From Escherichia coli (GTDB lineage Bacteria; Pseudomonadota; Gammaproteobacteria; Enterobacterales; Enterobacteriaceae), in assembly GCF_013122565.1 (NCBI RefSeq), contig NZ_CP053258.1: 64,000 nt of DNA, one strand, 5' to 3'. A program made the translations under genes and the position numbers. Below are positions 47,375 through 63,738 of this stretch, one piece after another. Below the pieces are notes generated by a model that was not told where the DNA came from, made no database searches, and saw only the letters and a program-made list of their open reading frames with translations. Position 1 is the stretch's first letter. Each line of letters starts with the position of its first letter.

Positions 47375-48526
47375 TTAATCAGCTTGCTTACGCAGGAATG
47401 CTGGGATATCCAGATAATCCGGCTCTTTCGCAGTTTGCGGCGCATTGTCATTCACGACTTTAGCAACCGGCTTCTGCTCCTGGGTCAGCGGAGCCATCCC
47501 GTGCTGCTGGTAGCGATCCATCACTGGCTGCTGAACCTGCTTATTGGTCACCAGAGTGATTTCAGGACGTTTGTCCATGCCGATACCTGTCGCAACAACA
47601 GTTACGCGCAGCTCGTCATTCATATCCGGGTCAAGAGAAGTACCGATAACCACGGTCGCGTTGTCGGAAGCAAATGCACGGATGGTGTTACCTACCGTTT
47701 CGAACTCATCCAGACGCAGGTCGAAGCCCGCCGTGATGTTAACCAGCACGCCGCGCGCGCCAGACAGGTCGATATCTTCCAGCAGCGGAGAAGAGATAGC
47801 CATTTCAGCAGCTTCTTCCGCACGGTCTTCACCGCTCGCCACGCCAGAACCCATCATTGCGTAGCCCATTTCAGACATTACGGTGCGTACGTCTGCGAAG
47901 TCCACGTTCATCAAACCCGGACGAGTAATCAGTTCAGCGATACCTTGCACAGCGCCTTTCAGTACATCGTTCGCTGCGCCAAACGCATCCAGCAGGGAGA
48001 TACCGCGGCCCAGAACTTTCAGCAGTTTGTCGTTCGGGATAGTGATCAGAGAGTCCACATGCTTGGACAGTTCAGTGATCCCCTGCTCCGCGAATGCCAT
48101 ACGCTTCTTGCCTTCAAAGTTGAAAGGCTTAGTGACGACAGCAACGGTCAGGATACCCAAATCTTTTGCCACTTCAGCGACGACTGGTGCTGCCCCTGTA
48201 CCGGTACCACCACCCATACCCGCAGCAATAAAGACCATGTCTGCACCTTCCAGCGCCGCACGCAATGCATCGCGATCCTCATCAGCCGCATTGCGGCCAA
48301 CTTCTGGATTAGCGCCAGCGCCCAGTCCTTTGGTGATACCGCTACCGATTTGAATCGTCTGTCCAACCGCTGTTTTACGCAGCGCTTGTGCATCGGTATT
48401 TACCGCGAAGAATTCAACACCTTCAATGCGCTCGCGCACCATGTGTTCAACAGCATTACCGCCGCCGCCGCCGACGCCGATGACTTTAATCACCGCGTCA
48501 TTGGTAAGTTCCATTGGTTCAAACAT
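47375..48526 (-). CDS. ftsZ: Cell division GTPase FtsZ
   Basis: Recognised FtsZ 383 aa; tubulin signature GGGTGTG. Confidence 0.97.
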
Positions 48527-48586
48527 AGTTTCTCTCCGATTTGTGCCTGTCGCCTGAGGCCGTAATCATCGTCGGCCTCATAAAAA

Positions 48587-49849
48587 TTAAAACTCTTTTC
48601 GCAGCCAACTATTGAGTCGCTTGATCCACGAGCCAACTGATGCTGTAACACGTTTTTCTACTTCAGCTTCACCGTTAAGATGTGACTCTTTCCCATAGTG
48701 AAGCAATCCCACCGCCGTCGAATAATACGGCTCCTGAGCATAATCCGTTAAACCGGTAATGTTCAGCGGCGCGCCGATACGCACTTGCGTATGAAACACG
48801 CGCTGAGCACAGGCTGCAAGACCTTCGATCTGCGCTGCGCCACCGGTTAATACAATGCCTGCCGCCAGGTGATGTTTAACCCCTTGTTGGCGAAGCTTTT
48901 CCTGCAACTGCAATATCTCTTCGTTGACCAGGTTGAGCAGCTCGGTATAGCGCGGCTCGATCACCTCTGCCAGGGTCTGACGTTGCAGACTCCGCGGCGG
49001 ACGACCGCCTACGCTCGGCACTTCCACGCTCTCATCTTTTCCAACGATGGAACCCAGCGCACAACCGTGGCGAACTTTAATCGCTTCGGCGTCGCTTGGC
49101 GGCGTGCCAAAGGCGTAAGCGATATCACTGGTCACGACATTGCCAGCATAAGGAATTACCTTAGTGTGGCGCAATGCCCCACCGGTATAAACGGCGATAT
49201 CCATTGTACCACCACCGATATCGACGACGCAGACACCCAGTTCACGTTCATCTTCCGTCAATACCGAATAACTTGATGCCAGTCCGGCAAATATCAGTTG
49301 GTCAACTTTCAGCCCACAACGTTCAACCGCTTTGACGATGTTTTTCGCCATATCGTTGTGACATGTGATCAGGTGCACTTTTGCCTGCATCCGCACGCCC
49401 GAAAGTCCTACCGGATTCTTGATCCCTTCCTGATAGTCAATCGCATACTCTTGCGGGATCACATGCAGCACACGATGCTCATCGCGCACACGCACCGATT
49501 TCGCGGTATGGACGACGTTTTCCACATCTTCTTGCGTCACTTCTTCTTCAGAAATAGGCACCATACCAATTTCATTCTGGCAGCTGATGTGCTTACCAGA
49601 AAGCGCCAGATATACCGAAGAGATCTGACAATCTGCCATCAATTCTGCCTGGTCAATGGCACGTTGTACGCACTTGACCACGGATTCGAGGTCGTTCACC
49701 CCGCCTTTATCCATACCACGCGACGGGCAGCTGCCCACGCCAATGATATTGACCATACCGTCGGGCAGAACTTCCCCTACTAAAGCGGCAACCTTCGCGG
49801 TACCAATCTCCAGTCCTACTACCAGTTTTCTGTCCGTCGCCTTGATCAT
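48587..49849 (-). CDS. ftsA: Cell division protein FtsA (actin-like ATPase)
   Basis: Recognised FtsA 420 aa ([27 protein letters not shown]…). Confidence 0.97.
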   Translation of the reverse strand: MIKATDRKLVVGLEIGTAKVAALVGEVLPDGMVNIIGVGSCPSRGMDKGGVNDLESVVKCVQRAIDQAELMADCQISSVYLALSGKHISCQNEIGMVPISEEEVTQEDVENVVHTAKSVRVRDEHRVLHVIPQEYAIDYQEGIKNPVGLSGVRMQAKVHLITCHNDMAKNIVKAVERCGLKVDQLIFAGLASSYSVLTEDERELGVCVVDIGGGTMDIAVYTGGALRHTKVIPYAGNVVTSDIAYAFGTPPSDAEAIKVRHGCALGSIVGKDESVEVPSVGGRPPRSLQRQTLAEVIEPRYTELLNLVNEEILQLQEKLRQQGVKHHLAAGIVLTGGAAQIEGLAACAQRVFHTQVRIGAPLNITGLTDYAQEPYYSTAVGLLHYGKESHLNGEAEVEKRVTASVGSWIKRLNSWLRKEF

Positions 49850-50676
49850 TGTTGTTCTGCCTGTGCCTGATTTTGTTGCTGAGTAGATTCCTCTGGCGGC
49901 AATGGCGCCCAGCCTACTGCCGCTCCAGAGTCATAACGCAAATCAACGTAGCTAATCCGTTTGCCATCGGTTTGCGCCTGCTGCTGTAAAACCGGATAAA
50001 GTTCTACAAAGCGAGCCAAACGTTTCATCGTATCGCCCCGGCCAAGATTGAGCTTAATATCGTTATTCAGCGTCAACTGCCAGGAACGCCGCGCGGTCAT
50101 CGCCGCTTCCTTCAGAGTAAATCTGTCCTTTGCCAGCATCTGCCCCATTTCGCGATAGCCCTGCAACACTTCATTGGCGCTGCCTTCCGGGCCATACAGC
50201 ATTGGAAGCACCTGCTTGCTGGTGCGATCTGGCGGCACGCTGAAGGTATTTCCTTCCGCGTCTACCATGTGTTGATCATTCCACCGCGCAATCGGCACAT
50301 ATTCAACCAGATGAATCTTCAATTCATCAGGCCACTGCTTTCTGACGCTCACCTGCTTAATCCACGGCAGGCGTTGTTCTATTTGCGTCTGGATGATGTT
50401 GACATCCTGGGTCATAAAGGTACCCGGCTCACCCAATGCCAGGATCGACTGCCGGATATCGTCATTACGCGTGTAATGGCGTTCACCGGTCAACACCAGC
50501 TTTGAGAGCGGCAGGCGTTGCGCATCTTCCATCCAGCCCAACACGACCCAGCCGCTCACCAACACTGTCGTTAAAACGGTCAGCAGGAAAAGGATCCCCG
50601 CCAGACGCGTTCCATTATTGCGGCGAGAAGAAACCTCTTCTTCGCTGTTTCGCGTGTTCAGAGCAGCCTGCGACAT
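49846..50676 (-). CDS. ftsQ: Cell division protein FtsQ
   Basis: 276-aa bitopic protein; stop overlaps ftsA start. Confidence 0.95.
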   Translation of the reverse strand: MSQAALNTRNSEEEVSSRRNNGTRLAGILFLLTVLTTVLVSGWVVLGWMEDAQRLPLSKLVLTGERHYTRNDDIRQSILALGEPGTFMTQDVNIIQTQIEQRLPWIKQVSVRKQWPDELKIHLVEYVPIARWNDQHMVDAEGNTFSVPPDRTSKQVLPMLYGPEGSANEVLQGYREMGQMLAKDRFTLKEAAMTARRSWQLTLNNDIKLNLGRGDTMKRLARFVELYPVLQQQAQTDGKRISYVDLRYDSGAAVGWAPLPPEESTQQQNQAQAEQQ

Positions 50677-50677
50677 A

Positions 50678-53066
<2,389 letters not shown>

Positions 53067-53119
53067 TCTTTACGCCATTAACTTCTTAAATTCATACGAT
53101 GCAAAAGGCATCGCTACAA

Positions 53120-54187
53120 TTACGCCCGGGCGGCCCGGCTCACTTCATTTGCCACTCGCTCGGTGGCATCCGGAATGGATGCAGCGCGGGCGCGTTCTGC
53201 CATGGTTAATAAGGTTTCTCGCGACCACCCGGCCAGGGTGTTGGCGACAGCATCCACGCTAAGCTGTGGCTGCTCGATAATTTTGGCTGCGCCCGCTTTT
53301 TCCAGCGGTAGCGCATTCCAGTATTGCTGGCGGTCTTTATGTTGAAACGGCACAAACAACGCCGGTAGTCCTGCCGCGGCGATTTCACTCACCGTTAACG
53401 CACCGGAGCGGCAAACGACGACATCCGCCCACGCATACGCCGCCGCCATATCATCAATAAATTCAGTCACTTTATGCTGCGGTTGCCCCGCTTCGGCATA
53501 CGCCTGTTCAACGGATTGTTGCGAACCTTTGCCGCTCTGATGCCAGATAGTGACTGAATCACCCAGTTTCGCAGCAACCTGCGGCATTGTCTGGTTAAGA
53601 ATGCGTGCGCCCTGGGAACCACCCACTACCAGCACACGAACCGGACCTTCACGTCCAGCCAAACGTTGCTGCGGCAACGGTAGCGCCAACACATCGGTAC
53701 GCACCGGGTTACCCACCACTTCCGCATTGGGGAAAGCACCTGGAAACGCCTGCATCACTTTGGTGGCAATCTTCGCCAGCCATTTATTGGTTAAGCCCGC
53801 AATACCGTTTTGTTCATGAAGTACAACCGGAATGCCTAACGACCACGCGGCCAGACCACCAGGACCTGATACGTAGCCGCCCATACCGAGCACCACGTCA
53901 GGTTTGTACGCTTTCATAATCGCCCGCGCCTGACGCCAGGCATTGAAGATACGCAGCGGCGCAGCTATCAGTGCTTTTATACCTTTTCCACGCAGACCAG
54001 AGATACGAATGAAATCAATTTCGATGCCATGTTTTGGCACTAAGTCCGCTTCCATACGGTCGGCAGTCCCCAGCCAGCGAACTTGCCAACCCTGAGCCAT
54101 TAGATGGTGCGCAACCGCCAGTCCCGGGAATACATGTCCACCGGTTCCGCCTGCCATCACCATTAATCGCTTTCCTTGACCACTCAT
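53120..54187 (-). CDS. murG: Lipid II synthase MurG (undecaprenyldiphospho-muramoylpentapeptide beta-N-acetylglucosaminyltransferase)
   Basis: Recognised MurG 355 aa ([29 protein letters not shown]…). Confidence 0.95.
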
Positions 54188-55428
54188 CGTGAACCTCGTA
54201 CAAACGCCTGCGCTTTCTCCAGACGCGTTTCATAATCAATACGCAACAGCATCATGATGGCTGTCGACATAATCAGTAAGCTCGAACCACCGTAACTGAT
54301 CAGCGGCAATGTCAGACCTTTGGTCGGTAACATCCCCGCCGCCGCGCCTACGTTAACCAGCGCCTGGAAGCTAAACCAGATGCCAATAGAACAGGCGAGA
54401 AAACCGGAAAAACGGTGGTCAATTTCTAATGCTTTACGGCCAATCGACATCGCGCGAAAAGCGACGAAGAATACCATTAAAAGTGCCAGCACCACACCGA
54501 CATACCCCAGTTCTTCGCCGATAATGGCGAAAATAAAGTCAGTGTGCGCTTCCGGCAGATACTCCAGTTTTTGTACCGAGTTACCTAAACCTTGCCCCCA
54601 AAGTTCGCCGCGACCAAACGCCATCAGCGATTGCGTTAACTGATAGCCGCTGCCAAAGGGATCTTCCCACGGGTTCCAGAATGCGGTAACACGGCGGATA
54701 CGGTACGGTTCGGCGAGTATCAGCAACACAACCGCTGAAATGCCCATACCGATAATGGCAATGAACTGCCACAATTTCGCTCCCGCCAGGAACAACATCG
54801 CCAGCGTAGTCACAAACAACACCACCACCGTACCAAGGTCTGGCTGTGCCAGCAGTAACACTGCCAACACCAGAATCACGCCCATCGGTTTCAGGAAGCC
54901 GCGCAGGTTATTACGTACTTCGTCGCCTTTACGCACCAGATAGTTGGCGATATAGCAAAACAGCGACAGTTTTGTCAGCTCCGCAGGCTGGATACGCAGC
55001 AAACCGAGATCGATCCAACGCGATGCCCCTTTAACCGAGCTCCCCACTACCAGAACGATCATCAGCAGGATGATAGATCCGAGCAGCATCGTGGCACTGT
55101 AGCGTTGCCAGAACTCCATCGGCAGACGCAGCGTAATGATCGCCAGAATGAATGCCAGGATCAGATAGACGCCATCACGCTTCGCGAAGAAGAACGGATC
55201 GTTGGTTAAGCGTTGCCCTATGGGCATTGACGCCGAGGTCACCATGATAAAGCCAATCGCCGCGAGGCCGAAGGTCAGCCACAGTAAGGTGCGATCGTAC
55301 ATGATCAGGCTGTCGGTATCTTTTTCCCGCGAGCCCATCACCCAGCCCTTTAGCGCCGTGGAGATCCAGACCAGGATACTGAATCCTGGCAGGCGCGGCA
55401 TTTTCAGGCGAGGGAGAGATAAACGCAT
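54184..55428 (-). CDS. ftsW: Peptidoglycan glycosyltransferase FtsW (SEDS family)
   Basis: Recognised FtsW ([16 protein letters not shown]…); alternative start one codon upstream at 55431. Confidence 0.93.
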
Positions 55429-56744
55429 CAACCTAACTCCTTCGCCAGACGGGCAAACTCATTGCCTCGTTGTTCAAAGTTCTTGAACTGATCAAGGCTG
55501 GCACAGGCCGGGGAGAGCAGAACCATATCTCCTGGTTGAACACGCGGAGCCAGCAAGCGCATCGCCTGTTCCATAGTTTCGGTTTGTTCTGCCACTTCCG
55601 GGCGTAACGCCGCCAGCTGCGCGCCGTCACGACCGAAACAATACAGACGTACGTTATCGCCATTCAGGTAACGCGCCAGTGGGCTAAAGTCCGCCGATTT
55701 ACCATCGCCGCCCAGCAACAAATGCAGCGTGCCGTCTACGTGCAGGCCATTCAGCGCCGCTTCCGTACTGCCGACGTTGGTCGCTTTTGAATCGTTAATC
55801 CAACGTACGCCGTTATGCTCCAGCACAACTTCAAAGCGATGCGGCAGACCAGTGAATGTGGTTAACGCTTTCAGGCTGCTGGCTCGCGGTAACCCTGCGG
55901 CATCTGCCAGTGCCAGCGCCGCCAGCGCATTGGTGTAGTTATGCTGCCCGGAAATTTTCATTTCTTTCACGTTCAGCACTTTCTCGCCTTTCACCCGCAG
56001 CCAGGTTTCGCCCTGCTGATGATTCAGGTGATAGTCACCCATGTTGACGCCAAAGCTGACGCAGCGTTCATCCGCACCGCGAATCGGCATTGTTAAGGCA
56101 TCATCAGCATTAACCACGCAAACTTTCGCGTTTTCGTAAATGCGCAGTTTTGCTGCACGATACTGTTGTAAACCAAACGGATAGCGATCCATATGATCTT
56201 CAGTCACGTTCAGAATGGTCGCTGCTACCGCCTGTAAGCTGGAGGTGGTTTCCAGCTGGAAGCTCGACAGTTCCAGTACGTACAGTTCGCACTCATCATC
56301 CAGCAGCATCAACGCGGGCAGGCCAATATTGCCACCCACACCAACGTTAACCCCCGCCGCTTTCGCCATTTCACCCACTAGCGTGGTGACCGTGCTTTTG
56401 CCGTTAGAACCGGTAATCGCCACAATCGGTGCTTGTGCTTCGCGACAAAACAGCTCGATATCGCCAACGATTTCGATTCCGGCATCAGCGGCAGCGCTTA
56501 AGGATGGATGCGCCAGTGCAATACCGGGACTGGCGACAATCAGATCTGCCGCCATCAGCCATTCATCATTCAGACTGCCCGTGTGGCGTTCTACGGCTTC
56601 GGGTAATTTATCCAGGCCAGGCGGTGTCATACGCGTATCCATAACGCGCGGCGTCACACCGCGAGCGAGGAAAAAGTCCACGCAGGAAAGCCCGGTGAGG
56701 CCCAGGCCGATAATGACAACATTTTTACCCTGGTAATCAGCCAT
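55428..56744 (-). CDS. murD: UDP-N-acetylmuramoylalanine--D-glutamate ligase
   Basis: Recognised MurD 438 aa; P-loop GSNGKSTVT. Confidence 0.95.
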
Positions 56745-56746
56745 GA

Positions 56747-57829
56747 TTAACGTACCTTCAGCGTTGCCAGACCAATCAGGACCAGCATCAGCGAAATAAT
56801 CCAGAAACGCACAATGACGCGCGGTTCCGGCCAGCCTTTCAGTTCATAGTGGTGATGAATCGGTGCCATGCGGAAAATACGTTGTCCGCGCAGTTTAAAG
56901 GAGCCGACCTGCAGGATGACAGAAAGCGTTTCTACCACGAACACGCCCCCCATAATCACCAGCAGGAATTCCTGACGTAGCAGTACGGCGATAATGCCTA
57001 ACGCACCACCTAACGCCAGCGAACCTACATCGCCCATAAAGACCTGCGCCGGATAGGTGTTAAACCACAGGAAGCCCAGTCCTGCCCCGACTATCGCGGT
57101 ACAGACAATAACCAGTTCCCCGGCGTGTCGCAGATACGGTATGTGTAAATAGCTGGCAAAGTTCATGTTGCCGGTCGCCCACGCCACCAGCGCAAAACCA
57201 CCGGCGACAAATACGGTCGGCATAATTGCCAGACCGTCAAGACCATCGGTCAGGTTTACCGCGTTGCCAGTACCCACAATGACGAAGTAAGCCAGCAGAA
57301 TGTAGAACAGCCCCAGTTGCGGCATCACATCTTTAAAGAATGGGACCACCAGCTGCGTTGCGGGCGTGTCTTTGCCAACAAGGTACAGCGCGAAGGCGAC
57401 ACCCAGCGCAATGACCGACATCCAGAAATACTTCCAACGAGCGATCAACCCTTTGGTGTCTTTACGCACCACTTTGCGATAATCATCAACAAAGCCAATA
57501 ACACCGTAACCTACCAGCACCACCAACACGCACCAGACGTACGGATTGGACGGGTAAGCCCACAGCAGTACGGAGATCACAATCGCCGTCAGGATCATAA
57601 TCCCGCCCATGGTCGGCGTACCGCGCTTGCTGAAGTGTGATTCAGGACCGTCGTTACGCACCACCTGACCAAAGGAAAGTTTTTGCAAATGAGCAATCAT
57701 ACGCGGGCCCATCCACAATGAGATGAACAGCGCGGTCAGCAGGCTGACGATGGCGCGAAACGTCAGATAGGAAAAGACGTTAAAGCCGGAATAATATTTG
57801 ACCAAATGTTCGGCCAGCCAAACTAACAT
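56747..57829 (-). CDS. mraY: Phospho-N-acetylmuramoyl-pentapeptide transferase
   Basis: Recognised MraY 360 aa ([28 protein letters not shown]…). Confidence 0.95.
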   Translation of the reverse strand: MLVWLAEHLVKYYSGFNVFSYLTFRAIVSLLTALFISLWMGPRMIAHLQKLSFGQVVRNDGPESHFSKRGTPTMGGIMILTAIVISVLLWAYPSNPYVWCVLVVLVGYGVIGFVDDYRKVVRKDTKGLIARWKYFWMSVIALGVAFALYLVGKDTPATQLVVPFFKDVMPQLGLFYILLAYFVIVGTGNAVNLTDGLDGLAIMPTVFVAGGFALVAWATGNMNFASYLHIPYLRHAGELVIVCTAIVGAGLGFLWFNTYPAQVFMGDVGSLALGGALGIIAVLLRQEFLLVIMGGVFVVETLSVILQVGSFKLRGQRIFRMAPIHHHYELKGWPEPRVIVRFWIISLMLVLIGLATLKVR

Positions 57830-59181
57830 GTCCCATTCTCCTGTAAAGCGCGTACTACCTCTTCCATGGCGGCACTACGTGAACCCTTAACTAAAATCGT
57901 AATTACCTGTTGCTCAGCAATCAGTGATTTAAGACGCGTAATTAACGCAGTTTTCTCAGCAAAATGTTCGCCAACGCCGCTGGCGGTGCTGATAGCATGG
58001 CTTTGTTTACCCACGCTTAACACGCGGTCAATACCAGCAGCTTTTGCCGCCTCGCCCACCTGTACATGACAGGCTTCGCTTTCAGCGCCCAGTTCCGCCA
58101 TATCGCCCACCACCAGCACGCGGTAGCCCGGCATTTCAGCCAGTACCTGAACAGCGGCGGTCATTGAACCGACATTGGCGTTGTAGGAGTCGTCGAGCAG
58201 CAACTGGTTTTCTGCCAGTTGGATGGGGAACAGACGGCCTGGAACAGCTTTCAGATTTGCCAGCCCCGCTTTGATAGCATCAAGCGTTGCGCCCACGGAC
58301 ATGGAGAGCGCAGCGGCTGCCAGCGCATTCGCAATATTGTGACGCCCCGGCAACGGCAGCAGAACATCCACGCTACCGGTTGGGGTTTGCAGGGTAAATT
58401 CCGTACCGTGCGAGGTCACATGGATATTGGTGGCGGTGAAATCGCTGTTGGCGGCATTGGGTGAGAAACGCCACACTTTGCGTGAGCCAATTACGCTCTG
58501 CCAGTTCAGCCAGTCGTTGTTGTCGGCGTTCATAATGGCGATACCGTTTTCCGGCAGGCCGCTAAAGATTTCACCTTTCGCTTTCGCGACCCCCGCAAGC
58601 GAGCCAAAACCTTCCAGATGTGCCGCTGCCAGGTTGTTGACCAGCGCCGCTTCCGGGCGAGTCAGACTCACAGTCCAGGCTATTTCGCCCTGATGGTTCG
58701 CGCCAAGTTCAATAACTGCGTAATCGTATTCCGGCGTTAAGCGCAACAGCGTCATCGGTACACCGATGTCGTTGTTGAGATTGCCTGCCGTATAAAGCGT
58801 GTTGCCGCACTGGCTTAAAATCGCCGCCGTCATCTCTTTAACGGAGGTTTTGCCGGAGGAACCTGTCAGAGCAACCACGCGCGCCGGAACTTGCTGGCGA
58901 ACCCATGCAGCCAGTTCACCAAACGCCAGACGCGTATCCTTGACGATTAACTGCGGCAGGTCGATGTCCAGCGGACGGCTAACCAGTAGTGCGCCTGCGC
59001 CGCCAGCTTTCGCCTGGTCGGCAAAATCATGAGCATCGAAACGTTCGCCTTTCAGGGCAACAAACAGGCAGCCCGGCGTCAGTTTTCGGGTATCAGTGGT
59101 TACAGCATCAAGGGTGATATCTGCACCTTGCAGTTCACCGTTGAGAATGTCGGTAAGTTGGCTAAGGGTTACGCTAATCAT
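57823..59181 (-). CDS. murF: UDP-N-acetylmuramoyl-tripeptide--D-alanyl-D-alanine ligase
   Basis: Recognised MurF 452 aa; P-loop GSSGKTSVK. Confidence 0.95.
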   Translation of the reverse strand: MISVTLSQLTDILNGELQGADITLDAVTTDTRKLTPGCLFVALKGERFDAHDFADQAKAGGAGALLVSRPLDIDLPQLIVKDTRLAFGELAAWVRQQVPARVVALTGSSGKTSVKEMTAAILSQCGNTLYTAGNLNNDIGVPMTLLRLTPEYDYAVIELGANHQGEIAWTVSLTRPEAALVNNLAAAHLEGFGSLAGVAKAKGEIFSGLPENGIAIMNADNNDWLNWQSVIGSRKVWRFSPNAANSDFTATNIHVTSHGTEFTLQTPTGSVDVLLPLPGRHNIANALAAAALSMSVGATLDAIKAGLANLKAVPGRLFPIQLAENQLLLDDSYNANVGSMTAAVQVLAEMPGYRVLVVGDMAELGAESEACHVQVGEAAKAAGIDRVLSVGKQSHAISTASGVGEHFAEKTALITRLKSLIAEQQVITILVKGSRSAAMEEVVRALQENGTC

Positions 59182-60665
59182 GCAATCACCCCCAGCAGAC
59201 GCGCCACCGTGACGCGATCGGAGTAGTCCAGACGCTGATTGCCAACAATCTGGTAATCTTCATGGCCTTTGCCCGCGACAAGCACCACATCGTTCTCTTT
59301 AGCCTGCATAACGGCGCAAGTCACCGCTTCAGCACGGCCTTCCATCACTTTGGCATGTCCGGCATCTAACATTCCCGCCAGAATATCGTTGATGATGGCA
59401 CGCGGTTCTTCGGTACGCGGGTTATCGTCCGTCACCACCGCCACGTCAGCAAACTCTTCGGCAATTGCGCCCATCAGTGGACGCTTACCTTTATCGCGAT
59501 CGCCACCACAGCCAAAGACACACCACAACTTGCCCGCACAGTGCAGACGCGCCGCCTGTAAGGCTTTTTCCAGTGCATCCGGTGTATGCGCGTAATCCAC
59601 CACCACCGTCGGTTTGCCTGGCGCAGTGAACACTTCCATACGTCCGCAAACCGGTTGCAGACGCGCGGCGGTTTTCAACAGATCAGCCAATGGATAGCCG
59701 AGTGCCAACAGTGTCGCCAGCGCGAGCAGCAGGTTGCTGACGTTAAAAGCGCCCATCAGATGGCTTTCAATTTCGCCATCGCCCCAACTTGAGCTAAAGC
59801 GAATCGTCGCACCGCTGTCGTGATAGTTCACGTCGATCGCTTTTAACCAGCGTCCGTGACAGTTCGGATTGATATGATCTTCCATTGATACCGCAACCGC
59901 GTCCGGCAGTTTTGCCAGCCAGCGGCGGCCCACTTCATCGTCGGCGTTAATAATCGCCTGACCGCAATGATGTTCAGAATAAAGCAGCCATTTCGCAGCT
60001 TCGTAGTGTTCCATATCACCATGATAATCAAGGTGATCGCGGCTTAAGTTGGTAAAGACCGACGCTGCAAATTTCAATGCCGCCACACGGTGCTGTACCA
60101 GCCCGTGGGAGGAAACTTCCATTGCGCAAAAAGTCGCGCCCTGATCCACCAGCCCCGCCAGCTCGTGCTGAACATCGACTGCGGAACCGGTAGTATTTTC
60201 TGTCGGGATCACTTTCCCAAGCAGACCGTTACCAACGGTGCCCATTACCGCGCTGGTTTCGCCAAGCAGTTGGCTCCACTGCGCCAGCAGCTGGGTCGTC
60301 GTGGTTTTGCCGTTGGTGCCCGTTACGCCCACGAGACGTAAATTGTCAGAGGGTTCATGGTAAAAGCGGCCCGCCAGTGCAGATAAACGCTCGTTGAGCT
60401 GGCTGAGATAGATGACCGGTACGCCGTGCATTTCACGGATTTCACCGTCGGTCGCCTCATCTTTCGCCTCTGCAATAATGGCAGCCACACCTTGCGCTAT
60501 CGCCTGCGGGATATATCGACGCCCGTCCGCCTGATGACCTACTACAGCTACAAAGAGATCGCCCGCCGCAGCCACACGGCTGTCGAGTGTCATCTCTCGC
60601 AGTGCTCGCGAAGGTGCGTCTGGCACCCACGGAGCAAGAAGGTCGCGCAAATTACGATCTGCCAC
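59178..60665 (-). CDS. murE: UDP-N-acetylmuramoyl-L-alanyl-D-glutamate--2,6-diaminopimelate ligase
   Basis: Recognised MurE 495 aa; P-loop GTNGKTTTT. Confidence 0.95.
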
Positions 60666-62418
60666 CTGTCCCCTCGCCTTGATTAATCACAAATTCATTT
60701 TTATCGCCCGTTGTCAGCGCATCCGGCTCGATGTTCATGGTACGCAATACGCCGCCCATGATGGCACCAAAAACCGGCGCGGAAACGGCGCCGCCGTAGT
60801 ATTTACCCGCCTGCGGATCGTTGATAACAACAACCAGCGCGAAGCGCGGCTGACTCGCAGGCGCAACGCCTGCGGTATAAGCAATATATTTATTGATGTA
60901 GCGACCGTCCGGCCCGACCTTTTTCGCGGTACCGGTTTTAATGGCGATACGATAGCCTTTAATCGCCGCCTTCACGCCGCCGCCGCCCGGTAGCGCCACG
61001 CTTTCCATCATATGCACCACGGTGCGAACAATGGATTCCGGGAAGACACGTTCACCGGGAACCGGGGGGTCAACTTTGGTAATCGACAGTGGGCGATAAA
61101 TGCCGTAGCTGCCGATAGTTGCGTAGACTCGCGCTAACTGTAACGGTGTTACCATTAGCCCGTAGCCGAAAGAGAAGGTGGCCCTCTCTATGTCAGACCA
61201 CCGTTGTTTTTGAGGATATAAGCCACTGCGTTCTCCGACCAACCCCAAATTGGTCGCTTTTCCCAGTCCAAAACGTGAGTAAGTATCTACTAACGCTGAG
61301 GACGGCATCGCTAACGCCAGCTTGGAAACACCGACGTTACTCGACTTCTGTAATACCCCGGTCAGGGTTAATTCGCTGTAGCGTGCCACGTCTTTGATTT
61401 CGTGGCCGTTAATTCGATAAGGAACGGTATTGAGTACCGAGTTTTCCCGCACCACGCCACGTTGCAACGCGGTCATCACCACCATCGGTTTAACCGTTGA
61501 GCCCGGTTCAAACACGTCGGTGATGGTACGGTTACGCATCGCCTCTTTCGGCGTGCCACTCAAATTGTTAGGGTTGTATGATGGGCTGTTAGCCATCGCC
61601 AGCACTTCACCGGTGTTGACATCCACCAGCACGGCGCTACCAGATTCAGCCTTGTTAAAGGCCACCGCGTTGTTCAGTTCGCGATAAACCAGCGCCTGCA
61701 GGCGTTCATCAATACTCAGCGCCAGGTTGTGCGCAGCCTGGCTGTCAGTAGAAGAAATATCTTCAATTACGCGACCATAGCGGTCTTTACGCACAATGCG
61801 CTCACCCGGCTGCCCGGTAAGCCATTTATCGAAACTCTTCTCGACGCCCTCAATCCCCTGACTATCGACGTTAGTAAAGCCGATGAGGTGAGCAGTCACT
61901 TCGCCGGATGGATAATAACGTCGAGATTCTTCACGCAGATGAATCCCTGGCAGTTTCAGTTTTTTGATGTAGTCCGCCATGTCAGGGTTTACCTGACGCG
62001 CCAGATAAATAAAGCGCCCTTTCGGGTTGGCGTTAATGCGGGCTGAAAGCTGATCCAGCGGAATATTGAGCGCGTTAGCCAGCGCCTTCCAGCGGTCACC
62101 GACGCTGATACCGCCAGCGTCATGCACTTCTTTCGGATCAGCCCAAATCGCTTTTACCGGCACGCTCACCGCTAACGGGCGACCAGAACGGTCAGTAATC
62201 ATGCCGCGGGAGGTGGAAACTTGCTGAACGCGAAGAGAACGCATGTCGCCCTCTTTCACCAGCATATCCGGGGAGATAACTTGTAACCACGCTACGCGTC
62301 CGAGCAGAAAAGCCAGCGCCAGGAGAATACAGCCGCATAACAACGCAAAACGCCAACTGATAAAGTTGGCATGTTCTTCCTGACGTTTTGGTTTCTGCGT
62401 TTTCGCCGCTGCTTTCAT
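60652..62418 (-). CDS. ftsI: Peptidoglycan D,D-transpeptidase FtsI (PBP3)
   Basis: Recognised FtsI 588 aa; transpeptidase motifs STVK, SSN, KTG. Confidence 0.95.
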
Positions 62419-62433
62419 GCGTCGCGTTTATCC

Positions 62434-62799
62434 TTATTTTTGCACTACGATATTTTCTTGTGACGGATCAACATGCTGCATTTGCAGCTTTTCCGTGGCG
62501 ATCCTTTCCACCCGGCTATGGTCGCCGAGCGCATTCTCTTCAAGGATCAGGTTGCGCCATTCAATGTCTAAAGCATCTCGCTCCAGCACCAGTTGTTCGC
62601 GCTGAGCGGTCAGTAAACGGGTATGGTGCGCCGTGGTTACCACGGTTACCGCCGTCAAAATAATGCAAATGAACAGGCAGAGTGGCAGCTTCCCAAATCG
62701 CAAAAGATCGTCACCGATAACACCAGGCAATGCATGGCGCTCGTGGCTTCCCATCGATCCTTTAACTTTGCTTAGAGCTTCTGTCACTCTGCTGATCAT
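62434..62799 (-). CDS. ftsL: Cell division protein FtsL
   Basis: 121-aa bitopic protein ([54 protein letters not shown]…). Confidence 0.9.
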
Positions 62800-63737
62800 G
62801 CGTTCGTCCTCTCTGCAATACGCAGAACTGAACTACGGGCACGAGGATTCTCAGCCACCTCTTCTTCGCCCGGCATTAACTTGCCTAGTGCTCGCAGCTG
62901 ACGGCCACCCAGTTTTTTGAGCTGCTCTTCAGTCATCGGTAACCCTGCCGGAACTTGCGGACCGCGGCTGTTTTCACGCATAAAACGTTTCACAATACGG
63001 TCTTCCAGCGAGTGGAAGCTGATGATCGAAAGCCGCCCACCCGGGGCCAGCACGTTGAGCGAGCTTTTTAGCGCCTGCTCTATCTCCTCCAGTTCACTGT
63101 TTACCCAAATGCGCACCGCCTGGAAGGTACGGGTCGCGGGATGTTTAAACTTATCTTTCACCGGCGTTGCAGCAGCCACGACTTCCGCCAGTTCTTTGGT
63201 GCGGGTCATCGGCTGTTCGCGGTTACGCTCGACAATGGCGCGGGCAATGCGTTTGGCAAAACGCTCTTCACCATAGGTTTTCAATACCCAGGCGATATCG
63301 GCTTCTTCTGCGGTTTGTAGCCATTCAGCGGCTGACTGCCCCCGGGTTGGGTCCATACGCATGTCCAGCGGACCATCGCGCATAAAGGAAAAGCCGCGCT
63401 CAGCATCATCAAGTTGCGGTGAAGAGACACCAAGATCGAGGAGAATGCCGTCGATCTTGCCGATAAGATCGCGCTCGGCAACGTATTCGCCCAGCGCGGA
63501 GAAAGGTCCGTGGATGATGGAGAAGCGCGGATCATCAATAGTCTTCGCAACGGCGATAGCCTGCGGGTCGCGATCGATCGCCAGCAAACGCCCCTCTTCG
63601 CCAAGCTGCGAGAGGATCAGACGTGAGTGACCACCGCGACCAAAAGTCCCATCAATGTAGATGCCATCAGGACGGATATTGAGGCCATTAACGGCTTCAT
63701 CCAGCAGCACCGTAGTATGTTTATAGTTTTCCATCAT
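62796..63737 (-). CDS. rsmH: 16S rRNA m4C1402 methyltransferase RsmH (MraW)
   Basis: Recognised RsmH 313 aa; start trimmed to [16 protein letters not shown] (ATG 63735-63737); ORF-track start over-extended into mraZ. Confidence 0.95.
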
Positions 63738-63738
63738 T

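Noticed and set aside
47384-48565. 393-aa ORF on the + strand
   Set aside because: Antisense shadow of ftsZ.
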